Of a stretch of 64,000 nt of DNA, positions 51,357 through 60,743 are shown one piece after another (position 1 is the first letter of the stretch; each line of letters begins with the position of its first letter). The notes beneath the pieces are model-generated. The model was not told the DNA's origin. It did not search any database and was given only the letters and a program-made list of their open reading frames with translations. This DNA is from an uncultured bacterium. Lineage in GTDB: Bacteria; Chloroflexota; UBA5177; JANWHV01. The DNA is taken from the NCBI GenBank assembly GCA_963827235.1, contig CAWHAE010000010.1:352001-416000 (forward strand). The letters run 5' to 3'. Both the position numbers and the translations under genes were made by a program.

Positions 51357-52526
51357 GTGGCGATGACTGACAAGACAGTCAATGTGGCCCTCATCGGCAC
51401 CAAATTCATGGGAAAGGCGCACAGCAACGCCTGGTCTGGTGCATCCCATTTCTTCGAGCTTCAACGGCAGCCGGTTCTCAAGGTGGCGTGCGGACGTAAT
51501 CGCGAGGATCTTGTGCACTTCGCGCGGACCTGGGGGTGGGAGGAGATAGAGACCGACTGGCGCAAGGTAGTCGAGCGACCCGACGTCGACGTGGTGGACA
51601 TCGCGGTACCGCAGAATCTGCATCGAGATATCGCGGTGGCCGCCGCGAAGGCGGGAAAACATGTCTTCTGCGAGAAGCCGATGGCTCTATCTCTTGCCGA
51701 GGCACAGCAGATGCTTGAAGCCGCCCAGGTGGCCGGCGTGGTGCATTACCTCAATCACAACTACCGGCGTGCTCCCGCAGTGATGCTGGCCAAGCGCCTG
51801 ATCGACGAGGGCAAGATTGGACGTGTGTTCCACTGGCGCGGTGCGTATCTGCAGTCCTGGATTATCGATCCATCGTTCCCCTTGACATGGCATCTGCGGC
51901 AGGAAACGGCCGGGTCTGGGCCGAATGGTGATCTCAATTCGCACAGCATCGACCTTGCCCGCTACCTCGTGGGCGAGATCAGCGATGTAACGGCGATGAC
52001 CGCGCAATTCGTGAGCGAGAGGCCGCTGCCGGGCAACGGCGCGGCCACGTTCACCGCCGGTAGCGCGACCGAAGGTCAGACCGGCCGAGTCACGGTGGAG
52101 GATGCTGCGTTCGCAGTGGCGAGGTTCGCCAACGGTGCACTCGGTACGTTCGAGGCATCGCGCTTCGCCCTTGGGCGCAAGAACTTCAACAGTTTCGAGA
52201 TTTACGGGGACAAAGGTAGTATTCTGTTTGACCTGGAGCGCATGAACGAGCTGCAGTACTTCTCGGCCTCGGACCCCGAGTATGCGCAGGGCTTCAGACG
52301 CGTGATTGTCACCGAGCCGGTCCATCCGTATGTCTCGCACTGGTGGCCACCCGGACACATTATCGGCTACGAGCACACGTTCTTCCACGCCGTGGTCGAC
52401 TTCGTCCAGGCAATCGCCACAGGAGGAGAAATCGCGCCGAACTTCAGAGACGGTGTCGCGGAGACAGCCGTGCTCGAGGCGGTGCTACGGTCGGCGGCGA
52501 CCGGCCAGCGCGTTTCCGTGATGTAG
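51357..52526 (+). CDS. Gfo/Idh/MocA oxidoreductase resembling levoglucosan/glycoside 3-dehydrogenases
   Basis: IG..FMGKAHS, CEKP, NYRRAPAV, YLQ.W..DP..PL.W, FEASR, HPY...W. Confidence 0.85.
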   Translation: MAMTDKTVNVALIGTKFMGKAHSNAWSGASHFFELQRQPVLKVACGRNREDLVHFARTWGWEEIETDWRKVVERPDVDVVDIAVPQNLHRDIAVAAAKAGKHVFCEKPMALSLAEAQQMLEAAQVAGVVHYLNHNYRRAPAVMLAKRLIDEGKIGRVFHWRGAYLQSWIIDPSFPLTWHLRQETAGSGPNGDLNSHSIDLARYLVGEISDVTAMTAQFVSERPLPGNGAATFTAGSATEGQTGRVTVEDAAFAVARFANGALGTFEASRFALGRKNFNSFEIYGDKGSILFDLERMNELQYFSASDPEYAQGFRRVIVTEPVHPYVSHWWPPGHIIGYEHTFFHAVVDFVQAIATGGEIAPNFRDGVAETAVLEAVLRSAATGQRVSVM

Positions 52527-52611
52527 GTCCGCGCGCACCTGCTGTAGTGCATGCCGGACCGGCAACAGCCAGGCGTCGACGAGCCGGCCGGTCCGCAAAG
52601 CATGCGTATGG

Positions 52612-52647
52612 AGTTGACGGGGGCGACGCCCGTCGCCCCCGTCAACT
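52612..52647. terminator. Perfect 17-bp inverted repeat between convergent genes (candidate bidirectional terminator)
   Basis: AGTTGACGGGGGCGACG-cc-CGTCGCCCCCGTCAACT. Confidence 0.7.
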
Positions 52648-52709
52648 GCGCTGTTCGCCTGCGGGACTGCACTCCTGGCTCGGCTCCGGCGACAGCGAAC
52701 AGGCTCAGG

Positions 52710-53546
52710 TCACCGGTTGCCGAGCACGTGCTTGAGATGAGCCACTGACCTGCCAGCCTGTTCCACCGTTCCGCATTCGACCGAAAGCACGCCGGTGTAA
52801 TTAGCGTCGTCTAGTACGTCCACGACCTTGGCCCAGTCGACGGCACCGTCACCGCATGCGCAGCCCACCGGCGTGCCGGTCACACGACCGCGCTTCTCCT
52901 CGGCCATCTCGAAAGCAATGTCCTTCGCGTGCACGTGGACCACTCGGTCCACGACCTGCTTGAGATCGCGAATCGGATCGGAGCCGGCGAGGTAGCTATT
53001 CCCGGTGTCGAAGTTGATACGAATCCATGGTGACGGCACGAGCTCGACAATGCGGAGCAGGCCTTCGACCGTGGTCGAATACACTCCGTGGGGTTCGATG
53101 CCGACCAGGATGCCATAGCGTTCCGCCGTTTGCGCGACCACGGTGAGCGAGTAGCGCATTATCTCCCACGCCTGGTCTTCCTGCATCCAGGCTGGCTTGA
53201 TGCCCTCGTCCGTGTTGACCACCGGAGCTCCGAGATCCGACGCGTAGCGAATGGCCTGTCGCAAATACGGCACGCCCGCGTCAGGCCGCATTAGCGGCGC
53301 GTGCGCCGAAATGCCGGAAGGCTTGAGACCGGCCGCGGCCAGCTGGTCTCTGACCTCAATCGGGTCTTCCTCCATGGTGCGGAAGTGGTAGTAACCGGCT
53401 TCGATAAGCAGATCTCGTCCCGTCATGACGCAGGGTTCGAGATACTCGTAGCCAAGCTCGGCGGCCTTCGAGACAGCGTATTCGAAGGGTTTGTCCTCGT
53501 GTCGCACGAACTCCGCATTAATGCCTATGCCGATGTGACCAGCCAT
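52710..53546 (-). CDS. Sugar phosphate isomerase/epimerase (TIM barrel)
   Basis: GIEPH, NFDTGN, HVHAKD, LSVE. Confidence 0.9.
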   Translation of the reverse strand: MAGHIGIGINAEFVRHEDKPFEYAVSKAAELGYEYLEPCVMTGRDLLIEAGYYHFRTMEEDPIEVRDQLAAAGLKPSGISAHAPLMRPDAGVPYLRQAIRYASDLGAPVVNTDEGIKPAWMQEDQAWEIMRYSLTVVAQTAERYGILVGIEPHGVYSTTVEGLLRIVELVPSPWIRINFDTGNSYLAGSDPIRDLKQVVDRVVHVHAKDIAFEMAEEKRGRVTGTPVGCACGDGAVDWAKVVDVLDDANYTGVLSVECGTVEQAGRSVAHLKHVLGNR

Positions 53547-53777
53547 CACGCCAACCTTTCGAGACGAAAAAGCAGAGCTGCCGAATTCAACCCTGCTCAC
53601 GGTTGCTGCGATTACCAGGCTTGACTGTGTCGAGCATACACGATCCGCGTGAGCAGTCGTGCGATTCGACGCACCCACCGCCTGGGATGCACGGTTCCGG
53701 GCGCGCCTGCCACCAAGCGACAGTCACTCTCTGTGACAGGCCACGATCCGTGGTAGACGCAACGCCGAACCGTCCCA

Positions 53778-54119
53778 CTACGGCTGGCCTATGCTGTCCT
53801 GCACCATCTCCAGGACCGTTTTCAAGTCAAACGGCTTGAAGGTCAGCGTGCTGTTCTCTTCGGTGGCCACGTAGCCGTAGTAGCTGCTGACGACCACGCA
53901 CGGCTTTTTCCGTGGAACCGACCTGCCTCGCATCGCGCCTACCGTGCTGGTGTGGTCCGTGGCCAGCCGGGGCATATCGCAGAGCACCATGTCCGCGCAC
54001 CGTGCATCAACCGGCAATCCGGCTCCCGCGACCAGACTGCGGTATCCGGCCAGCTCGAGAGCCTGGATCAACATGTGCCCCACGTCGGGATCGTCTTGCA
54101 CTACCAGTATTGTCTTCAC
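53778..54119 (-). CDS. Single-domain response regulator receiver protein
   Basis: ILVVQDD, DMVLCD (phospho-Asp), VVVSS, KPF; AAGGGAAGG RBS. Confidence 0.72.
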   Translation of the reverse strand: MKTILVVQDDPDVGHMLIQALELAGYRSLVAGAGLPVDARCADMVLCDMPRLATDHTSTVGAMRGRSVPRKKPCVVVSSYYGYVATEENSTLTFKPFDLKTVLEMVQDSIGQP

Positions 54120-54335
54120 GGCCGCGACCCTTCCCTTTGCGGTCGCGGACGAGCAGAGGGAGGACCACGCGAAGCTGGTAAGCCGACCCCATCATCCACG
54201 ACGTACCTACAGTACAGCGCCTGCGTTACGAATTCGTGTAGCGGCGACGCGTTCGGCAACTCGAGGTGACCAAGTATGCCACAGTGCATGCATTATGGAA
54301 GACGGATACGTCCTTAGAGAAGATCCGGCCGCGCC

Positions 54336-55337
54336 CTAGACGGCGTCCGGCCTTGCCGGCAGCCGGTCGTATCTGCCGAGCTCCTGGAAAGCGCGGATAC
54401 AATGCCGGTAGTTCTCGTCGGACATGCCGATCGAATGATATTCCTCGACGTAGCCGACGAATCCGCCGTTATAGCAGCCAAGATTGTCGACCAGCCTTCC
54501 CGCCTCGCGATAAATGTCTTCCCGGCGGCCGCTTATCGCCGTGGTTTGATAGCTGACGGGGCACATGAAGCAGACCCTGCCGCCAAAGTCCCTGCCCAGC
54601 TTCTCGACGTCGTAGAGGTTGGGCTGGCTGACGTTCAGCAGGTCGACGCCGATCTCGATGAAGTCTGGGATGATCTCGTAGTAATAGCCGCAGCAGTGGA
54701 AGTACACGTCGAGGCCCAAGCTGTGCGCCAGGTCGAACTGCCTCTTGTATCTTGGCTTGAAGAATCTTCGCCACAAAGTGGGCGAGACGATCAGGTTCAT
54801 CTGCGTGCCCCAGTCATCGAAGAAGGCCACCCCGTGGAAGCCGTGCTCCGGCAGTTGGCGAATCACGTCTTCCTCGAAGCCGAACACGAGGTCGGCGAGG
54901 CGCTCAGCCTGGTCGGGCTCCTCGTACAGGTCAACGAGAAGCTGCTCGAAGCCGCGCAGGAAGGTCATGATCGTGAACCCGGTCAGGACCAGGCTGGCGA
55001 CGTAATAGCGATCGCCGTATTCCTGCTGGATCGCGTCGACATGGGCAAATCGCGTGCGGTCGTGTCCGGAGGGCAGCGGCAGGTCCGGCAACTGCTCCCA
55101 GCTCGTCAGAATCGCCTTCCTGGGCTGGCCCATCGTCTCATCGCGTTGCTCCCAGGTGAAGCCCCATTCGGACCGCTTCTCTGTTTCACCCATGAAGTGG
55201 CGCACGACGTCGATCAGGATGATGTCGGACTGGTCCTTGTCGGCGTTGAAGAACAGAATGGGAACGCGGTCCGGGCCGGTCATGTGCACGGCCCGCCTCA
55301 CGCGGTCGAGCCTGTTCATTTGCGGGCTCTCCATCAT
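54336..55337 (-). CDS. Uroporphyrinogen decarboxylase (UroD/MtaA-fold) family protein
   Basis: PDRVP, LRGFE.LL.D, DDWGTQ..L.VSP..WR..FKP.Y, FHCCG, EIGVD, NGG. Confidence 0.87.
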   Translation of the reverse strand: MMESPQMNRLDRVRRAVHMTGPDRVPILFFNADKDQSDIILIDVVRHFMGETEKRSEWGFTWEQRDETMGQPRKAILTSWEQLPDLPLPSGHDRTRFAHVDAIQQEYGDRYYVASLVLTGFTIMTFLRGFEQLLVDLYEEPDQAERLADLVFGFEEDVIRQLPEHGFHGVAFFDDWGTQMNLIVSPTLWRRFFKPRYKRQFDLAHSLGLDVYFHCCGYYYEIIPDFIEIGVDLLNVSQPNLYDVEKLGRDFGGRVCFMCPVSYQTTAISGRREDIYREAGRLVDNLGCYNGGFVGYVEEYHSIGMSDENYRHCIRAFQELGRYDRLPARPDAV

Positions 55338-55499
55338 ATGCTCGCCGGGAAACCGTCCTCATTCCACTGGCGGTCTTGACGTGGCTTCATCATCGCACAG
55401 CCGGCCTGAGCAGGAAAAGCCTGCCGGCGGCCGGCGCCAGGCGCGGGCGTGCCCCTCCTGCGACCGTCACCGGACGGCGACGCCCGGCTGGAAGGCGCG

Positions 55500-57068
55500 T
55501 CATCGCTCCCGCGCTGCGATCACGGCGTTGTAGAGCCACTTCTGGCGGGCCAAGGCATCCACGTATATCTGATGCCGCTCTTCGGAAGGCAGCAGGGAGG
55601 GTTCTAGCGTGGTGGCCACGGAATCCAGCCGGTCGATCGCGCCGAGGGCCTCCAAGGCCAGTATCGCGCTGCCTCTACTCGTCGCTTCGTCGAGGCTCAA
55701 GCGAGCCACCGGACAACCGAGAGCGTCGGCGATCATCTGAATCCAGGCGGGTGAATGCGCGAGAGCGGCGCCGCTGGCCACGATCTGGACCTCGTCTGTG
55801 TTCGACGTGTCCGTGCCATCAGCGGCCGCGGGCAGCTCGCCTCGCAGTATGCTCCAGACCTCGGCAAAGCGCAGGGCAACCGCCTCCATGCCCGCACGCA
55901 GGAGGTCGACAGGTCGGGTGTGGAGCGTGACACCGTCGAATACTGCGCTGGCACGTGATGCCCATCCGGTGCTGCGTTCCCCGGCCAGGAAAGGCAAAAT
56001 GGTCAGACCGTGGCTGTCAGGAGCCATAGCTGCCAGCTCAGCCTCGACAGCTTCCAGATCGGGAAGGTGCAGTGTGTCGCGCATCCAGGCGACCATGTTG
56101 CCGCCGGTACTGAGCACGCCGCCCATGGCAAGGCGACGGCGGTCAAGACGATACACCCATAGACCGTGCGGAATGGACACGCGATCGGACGGCCAGATCA
56201 CTCGCATGGCGCCGGATGTGCCGACCATCGCCACCACGCCCTCCGCCGTGCAGCAGCCGCTGCCGACATTGTTGGCAGGCCCGTCGGCCACGGCCGGGAA
56301 CCAGGGTATGGCGGAAAGGGGAGGCCAGCATTCGGCGTACGCGGGACGAAGCTTTCCCAGCGTCTCGGCCCGGTCGATCAGGGCGGGGAGCTGCGATTCG
56401 GTCAGGCCGACAGCCTGCAACATCTCCTGGTCCCAGCAACAACGGTGCTGGTCCAGCAAGCCCGAGCCCGAGGCTAACGAGATGGTGGTCGCGACCCGGC
56501 CGAACAGGTGGAAGTAGAGATAGTCGCCGAAGGACATCCAGGTGGCTGCTTGCCCGAACGTGGACGGATCGCCGCGTGCAACCCAGCGCAGCTTCGCCGG
56601 CGGGTAAGTGGCATGCAGCATGCAGCCCGTGCGCGCGTGTACGGCTTCCTCATCCAGCTCTGCCTTGAGCTCCGCCGCTCCGGCGGCCGCTCGAGTATCC
56701 GCCCACGTGTAGACCGGCGTGATGGCACGGCCATGGTCGTCGACTGCAAGCAGACTGTGCCAGAACGTGTCGACGGCCACGGCGCCGATGTGCCGGGCAT
56801 TCGTGCCGGCGCACCTCAGAAGCCTGTCGATGGCTACAAGTGCCAGGTCCACCATTGAATCCGCGTCGGCCTCTACGCCTCCGTCGGCCGTGGTGCGTAT
56901 GTGCTGCGGCACACAGACGGCCATCCCCTGGATGTCTCTGGCTCGAGCGTCGAACAGCATGGCACGTATCGAAGACGTGCCGACATCCACGGTCAGTACA
57001 AACGGCCGCCTGGCATCCTCGGCAGTAACGCTCTCGACGCGCCGGCTGCCAGAGGCATCCACGGTCAT
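55500..57068 (-). CDS. FGGY family carbohydrate kinase, gluconokinase-like
   Basis: DVGTSSIRA, WHSL, TWADTR, RTGC..H..Y, DGPANNVGSG, GTSGAMR, PFLAGERS.GW. Confidence 0.9.
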   Translation of the reverse strand: MTVDASGSRRVESVTAEDARRPFVLTVDVGTSSIRAMLFDARARDIQGMAVCVPQHIRTTADGGVEADADSMVDLALVAIDRLLRCAGTNARHIGAVAVDTFWHSLLAVDDHGRAITPVYTWADTRAAAGAAELKAELDEEAVHARTGCMLHATYPPAKLRWVARGDPSTFGQAATWMSFGDYLYFHLFGRVATTISLASGSGLLDQHRCCWDQEMLQAVGLTESQLPALIDRAETLGKLRPAYAECWPPLSAIPWFPAVADGPANNVGSGCCTAEGVVAMVGTSGAMRVIWPSDRVSIPHGLWVYRLDRRRLAMGGVLSTGGNMVAWMRDTLHLPDLEAVEAELAAMAPDSHGLTILPFLAGERSTGWASRASAVFDGVTLHTRPVDLLRAGMEAVALRFAEVWSILRGELPAAADGTDTSNTDEVQIVASGAALAHSPAWIQMIADALGCPVARLSLDEATSRGSAILALEALGAIDRLDSVATTLEPSLLPSEERHQIYVDALARQKWLYNAVIAARER

Positions 57069-58042
57069 TCGGCGAGCAGGTCGCGCAAGGCGGCGACGAC
57101 CTGGGGGCAGTCGGGCACGATGGAGCGCTCCAGGGGCGGGCTGTAGGGCACCACGGTGAAGGTGCCGTTGAGCCGGTGCACGGGCGCATCCAGGTCGTCA
57201 AAGCCGCGGGCCGTCACCTGGGCGGCAATCTCGGCCCCGATGCCGCAGGGGGCGTAGGTCTCGTCCACCACCAGCAGCCGGCCCGTCTTGTGCACCGAGG
57301 CCAGGATGCTCTCGATGTCCAGCGGGGCCAGGGTGCGCGGGTCCAGCACCTCCACCGAGACCGCTTCCCGGGCCAGCGCCTCGGCCGCCTGCACGGCCAG
57401 CGGCACCATCGAGCCCACCGCCACCACCGTGGCCTGGCTGCCCGGCCGCACCACCGCCGCCCGGCCGAAGGGGATCAGCTCCTCCTCCTCGGGCACCGGC
57501 CCCTTGCTGTTCAGCAGGGTGCGCGGCTCCATGAACACCACCGGGTCGTCGCAGCGAATGGCCGTCTTGAGCAGGCCCTTGGCGTCCCGGGGCGTGCTGG
57601 GCACCACCACGCGAAAGCCGGGCAGCTGGGTGAACAGGGGATAGTAGTTGCCGGTGTGATGGGCGCCCGAGGAGTCGCCGATGCCGATGCAGCCCCGCAG
57701 CACGATGGGCATGGTGAGCCGGCCGTCGCTCATGTACTGCACCTTGGCCGTCTGGTTGACCAGCTCCCCGATGCCGTCCAGGGCAAAGTCGAAGAACATG
57801 TAGTCCACCACCGGCCGGCTGCCCGTCATCGCCGCCCCCGTGCACAGCCCCGTGAAGCCCCGCTCGCTGATCGGCGTGTCGCGCAGCCGCTCGGCGCCAT
57901 AGAGCGCGAACAGGCCCAGCGTGGTGCCGAAGTTGCCGCCCCGGCTGCCGATCCCTTCGCCCACCACGAACACCGTGGCATCGCGCGCCATCTCCTCGGC
58001 CAGCCCTTCGCGCGCCGCCGCCGCATAGGTCATCTCTCGCAT
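57065..58042 (-). CDS. 2-oxoacid/acetoin dehydrogenase E1 beta subunit
   Basis: DTPISE.GF.G, NQTAK..YMS.G, DAKGLL, D.RTL.PLD, LDAPV.R. Confidence 0.93.
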   Translation of the reverse strand: MREMTYAAAAREGLAEEMARDATVFVVGEGIGSRGGNFGTTLGLFALYGAERLRDTPISERGFTGLCTGAAMTGSRPVVDYMFFDFALDGIGELVNQTAKVQYMSDGRLTMPIVLRGCIGIGDSSGAHHTGNYYPLFTQLPGFRVVVPSTPRDAKGLLKTAIRCDDPVVFMEPRTLLNSKGPVPEEEELIPFGRAAVVRPGSQATVVAVGSMVPLAVQAAEALAREAVSVEVLDPRTLAPLDIESILASVHKTGRLLVVDETYAPCGIGAEIAAQVTARGFDDLDAPVHRLNGTFTVVPYSPPLERSIVPDCPQVVAALRDLLAE

Positions 58043-58064
58043 GGCTCGCACCCCCACCGCCCTC

Positions 58065-59063
58065 TCAGGCCTCGCTATAGACGTGCCGGGTCGCCGTGCC
58101 GACCTCCGGCCAGGCACTCTGGGTGGCAAAGGTCACCGCCTCGGCCACCTCCGCCTGCACCGCCGCCTCCAGCGCCTCCAGCTCGTCTGCCGTCGCCTGC
58201 CCCTGCTCCAGCAGCCGCGTGCGCAGCCGCTGCACCGGACAGCGCGCCCGCCAGGACGCCACCTCGTCCCGCGTGCGATAGCCCGAGTCGCTCATCCCTT
58301 CCGAGTGCGGCCGCGTGCGGTAGGTCAGGCATTCCAGCAGGCTGGGCCCTTCCCCGGCCCGCGCCCGCGCCACCGCCTCCCCCGCCGCCTGGTAGACCGC
58401 CACCACGTCGTTGCCGTCCAGCCGCAGCCCCGGCAGCCCGTAGCCGCCGGCCCGCTCGGCCACCACCGGGTTGCCCGACACGCTGGCGAAGGGCACCTCG
58501 GTGGCATACAGGTTGTTCTCGCACACGTACACCACCGGCAGCTTCCAGGCCGCCGCCATGTTCAGCCCTTCGTGGAAGGCGCCGTTGTTGGCCGCCCCGT
58601 CGCCGAAGAAGGCCACGCTCACCAGGTCCGTCTTGCGCAGTTGGAAGGAGTAGGCCGCCCCGGTGGCCATCAGGATGCTCGGCCCCACGATGCCGCTGGT
58701 GCCCAGCACCCCCACCTCGGGCGCGAACAGGTGCATGCTGCCCCCGCGCCCGTGCGAGACCCCGGTCACCTTGCCGAACAGCTCCGCCACCAGGGCCCGC
58801 GGCGCCACCCCTTTGGCCAGGGCATGCCCGTGCCCCCGGTGCGTGCTCAAGATCACGTCATCCGGCCGCAGGTGGGCACACACCCCGCTGGCCACCGCCT
58901 CTTCCCCGATGTAGGTGTGGCAGGCCCCCGGGATCAGCCCCGCCTGGTGCGAGCGCGCCAACTGCTCCTCGCAGCGGCGGATCAGCACCATCTGCCGGTA
59001 CAGGGCCAGCAGCCGGTCCTTGTCCACCACCGCCGCCGCCTGCCCCGCCATCTGTGTCACCAT
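58065..59063 (-). CDS. TPP-dependent dehydrogenase E1 alpha subunit (AcoA/PdhA-like)
   Basis: H..IGEEA, STHRGHGH, GRGGSMH, FGDGAANNGAFHEGLN (TPP motif), ENNLY, TYR...H. Confidence 0.94.
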   Translation of the reverse strand: MVTQMAGQAAAVVDKDRLLALYRQMVLIRRCEEQLARSHQAGLIPGACHTYIGEEAVASGVCAHLRPDDVILSTHRGHGHALAKGVAPRALVAELFGKVTGVSHGRGGSMHLFAPEVGVLGTSGIVGPSILMATGAAYSFQLRKTDLVSVAFFGDGAANNGAFHEGLNMAAAWKLPVVYVCENNLYATEVPFASVSGNPVVAERAGGYGLPGLRLDGNDVVAVYQAAGEAVARARAGEGPSLLECLTYRTRPHSEGMSDSGYRTRDEVASWRARCPVQRLRTRLLEQGQATADELEALEAAVQAEVAEAVTFATQSAWPEVGTATRHVYSEA

Positions 59064-59095
59064 ACGGCTCGTTCCTTTCCCGTGCCGCGCCGGCC

Positions 59096-60436
59096 CTAGC
59101 GCACCAGCCAGAGCGTCGGCCGCTCGATGAACTCCTTCACCCGCCGCAGAAAGCGGGCCGCCGGCGCGCCATCGACCAGCCGATGGTCAAACGTCAGGCT
59201 CAGGGCCAGCATCTTGCGCGCCGCCAGGGTGCCGCGCTCCTCGTCCACCACCACCGCCCGGGCCACGATGCGCCCCACACCCAGAATGGCACACTCGGGC
59301 AGGTTGATGATCGGCGTGAAGGCGTCCACCTCGTACATGCCCAGGTTGCTGATCGTGAACGTGCCCCCGTGCAGGTCCTGGGCCGTCAGGCGCCCGCTGC
59401 GCGCCGCCGCGATCAGCGCCGCCGACTGCGCGGCGATGCGGCGCACCGACAGGGCGCCCACGTCCCGCAGCACCGGGGCCAGCAGGCCGCGCTCCGTGTC
59501 CACCGCCAGCCCGATGTTGACCGTGCCGTGCTGCACGATCGTCTCCCCCTCCAGCGAGGCGTTCAGCGCCGGATACTCGCCCAGGGCCAGGGCCACCAGC
59601 CGTGCCAGCAGGTCGTTGTAGGACACCGCTCCCTCCCCCGCCGCCGCCCCCTCCGCGTTGATCGCCTGCCGCAGCGCCACCAGGGCCGTCGCCTCCGCCT
59701 CCGTGGTCAGGGTCACCGGCGCCACCGTGTGCGCGCTGGCGCTCAGCCGCTCGGCAATCAGCCGCCGCACCCCGCCGACCCGCGCGCTCGCTGCCTCGGC
59801 GACCGGCGCCGCCCCCTCGGCCGCCTGCGCCACGTCGGCCCGGGTCAGCCGCCGCCCGCCCGTGCTGGCCGCCAGCGCCGCCACGTCCACCCCGGCCTCG
59901 CGCGCCAGCCGCCTCGCCAGCGGCGTCACCCGTGCCGCCGCCGGCTGCTCCGCCGCCGCCCGCACGTCGCGCTCCACGATGCGGCCCGACTGCCCGCTGC
60001 CCTGCAACGGCCGCCAGTCCACCCCCAGCTCCCGCGCCACCCGCCGGGCCCGCGGACTGGCCGCTGCCGCCTCGCGCGTCTGGGCCGGCAGCCTCGTGTC
60101 CCCGCTCGGGCCGGCGACCGGTGCCTGGGCGCTCTCGGCCGCTGCCGGCCGGTCGACCGCCTCGGGCTGGCTGGGGCCGGGCAGGGCCTCGCCGGGAGCG
60201 AGCAGGTAGCCCAGCACGGTGCCCACCGGCACCACCATGCCCACCGGCGGGCAGCCGGGCGCGATGCGCAGGATGCCGCGGTCGATGGACTCCACTTCGG
60301 TGACCACCTTGTCCCCTTCGACCAGGCAGACCACGTCGCCGACCTCGACCTGCTCGCCGTCCTGCTTGCTCCACTCCACCAGGCTGGCTTCATTGCCGCC
60401 CCAGCCGAGCCGGGGCATCACGATGTCTACCGCCAT
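59096..60436 (-). CDS. Dihydrolipoamide acyltransferase E2 (one lipoyl domain, two PSBD-like repeats)
   Basis: EGDKV lipoyl Lys; SPRARR and TPLARR subunit-binding motifs; GGTFTISNLG; FDHRLVDGA. Confidence 0.94.
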   Translation of the reverse strand: MAVDIVMPRLGWGGNEASLVEWSKQDGEQVEVGDVVCLVEGDKVVTEVESIDRGILRIAPGCPPVGMVVPVGTVLGYLLAPGEALPGPSQPEAVDRPAAAESAQAPVAGPSGDTRLPAQTREAAAASPRARRVARELGVDWRPLQGSGQSGRIVERDVRAAAEQPAAARVTPLARRLAREAGVDVAALAASTGGRRLTRADVAQAAEGAAPVAEAASARVGGVRRLIAERLSASAHTVAPVTLTTEAEATALVALRQAINAEGAAAGEGAVSYNDLLARLVALALGEYPALNASLEGETIVQHGTVNIGLAVDTERGLLAPVLRDVGALSVRRIAAQSAALIAAARSGRLTAQDLHGGTFTISNLGMYEVDAFTPIINLPECAILGVGRIVARAVVVDEERGTLAARKMLALSLTFDHRLVDGAPAARFLRRVKEFIERPTLWLVR

Positions 60437-60496
60437 CTCGCCACCCTCGTCGTCCTGCCCCTCGCCCCACCGCGCCTGCACGCCCCGGCAACATCA

Positions 60497-60511
60497 GTCA
60501 ACAGTATACAC
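60497..60511. promoter_or_regulatory. Candidate GntR operator upstream of E2
   Basis: GTCAACAGTATACAC (reverse complement GTGTATACTGTTGAC) matches the sites at 61661 and 63905. Confidence 0.7.
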
Positions 60512-60743
60512 AGCGCTACCGCCCGGTGCAATGCCACCCCCTGCTGCCCGGCGCCGCACCCACGCGCTCGCTCGCCACGGCACGCGCGGTGACCGTGGTC
60601 GCAGGAGGCGGCCATGACCACGGGCGCACCGCTCCCGCCGGGCGAGCACGGCTGTTCTCCCCGGCGAACCGCTCCGCCATCCCGGCCGGCCCGCCCGCTA
60701 CCCGAACGAGGTACCGAGGGCCGGCGGGCCGCTCGCCGCGCGG

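Noticed and set aside
57176-60592. 1138-aa plus-strand ORF
   Set aside because: Antisense shadow of E1b/E1a/E2 caused by extreme GC bias; low-complexity Pro/Arg/Ala/His content and no recognisable domain
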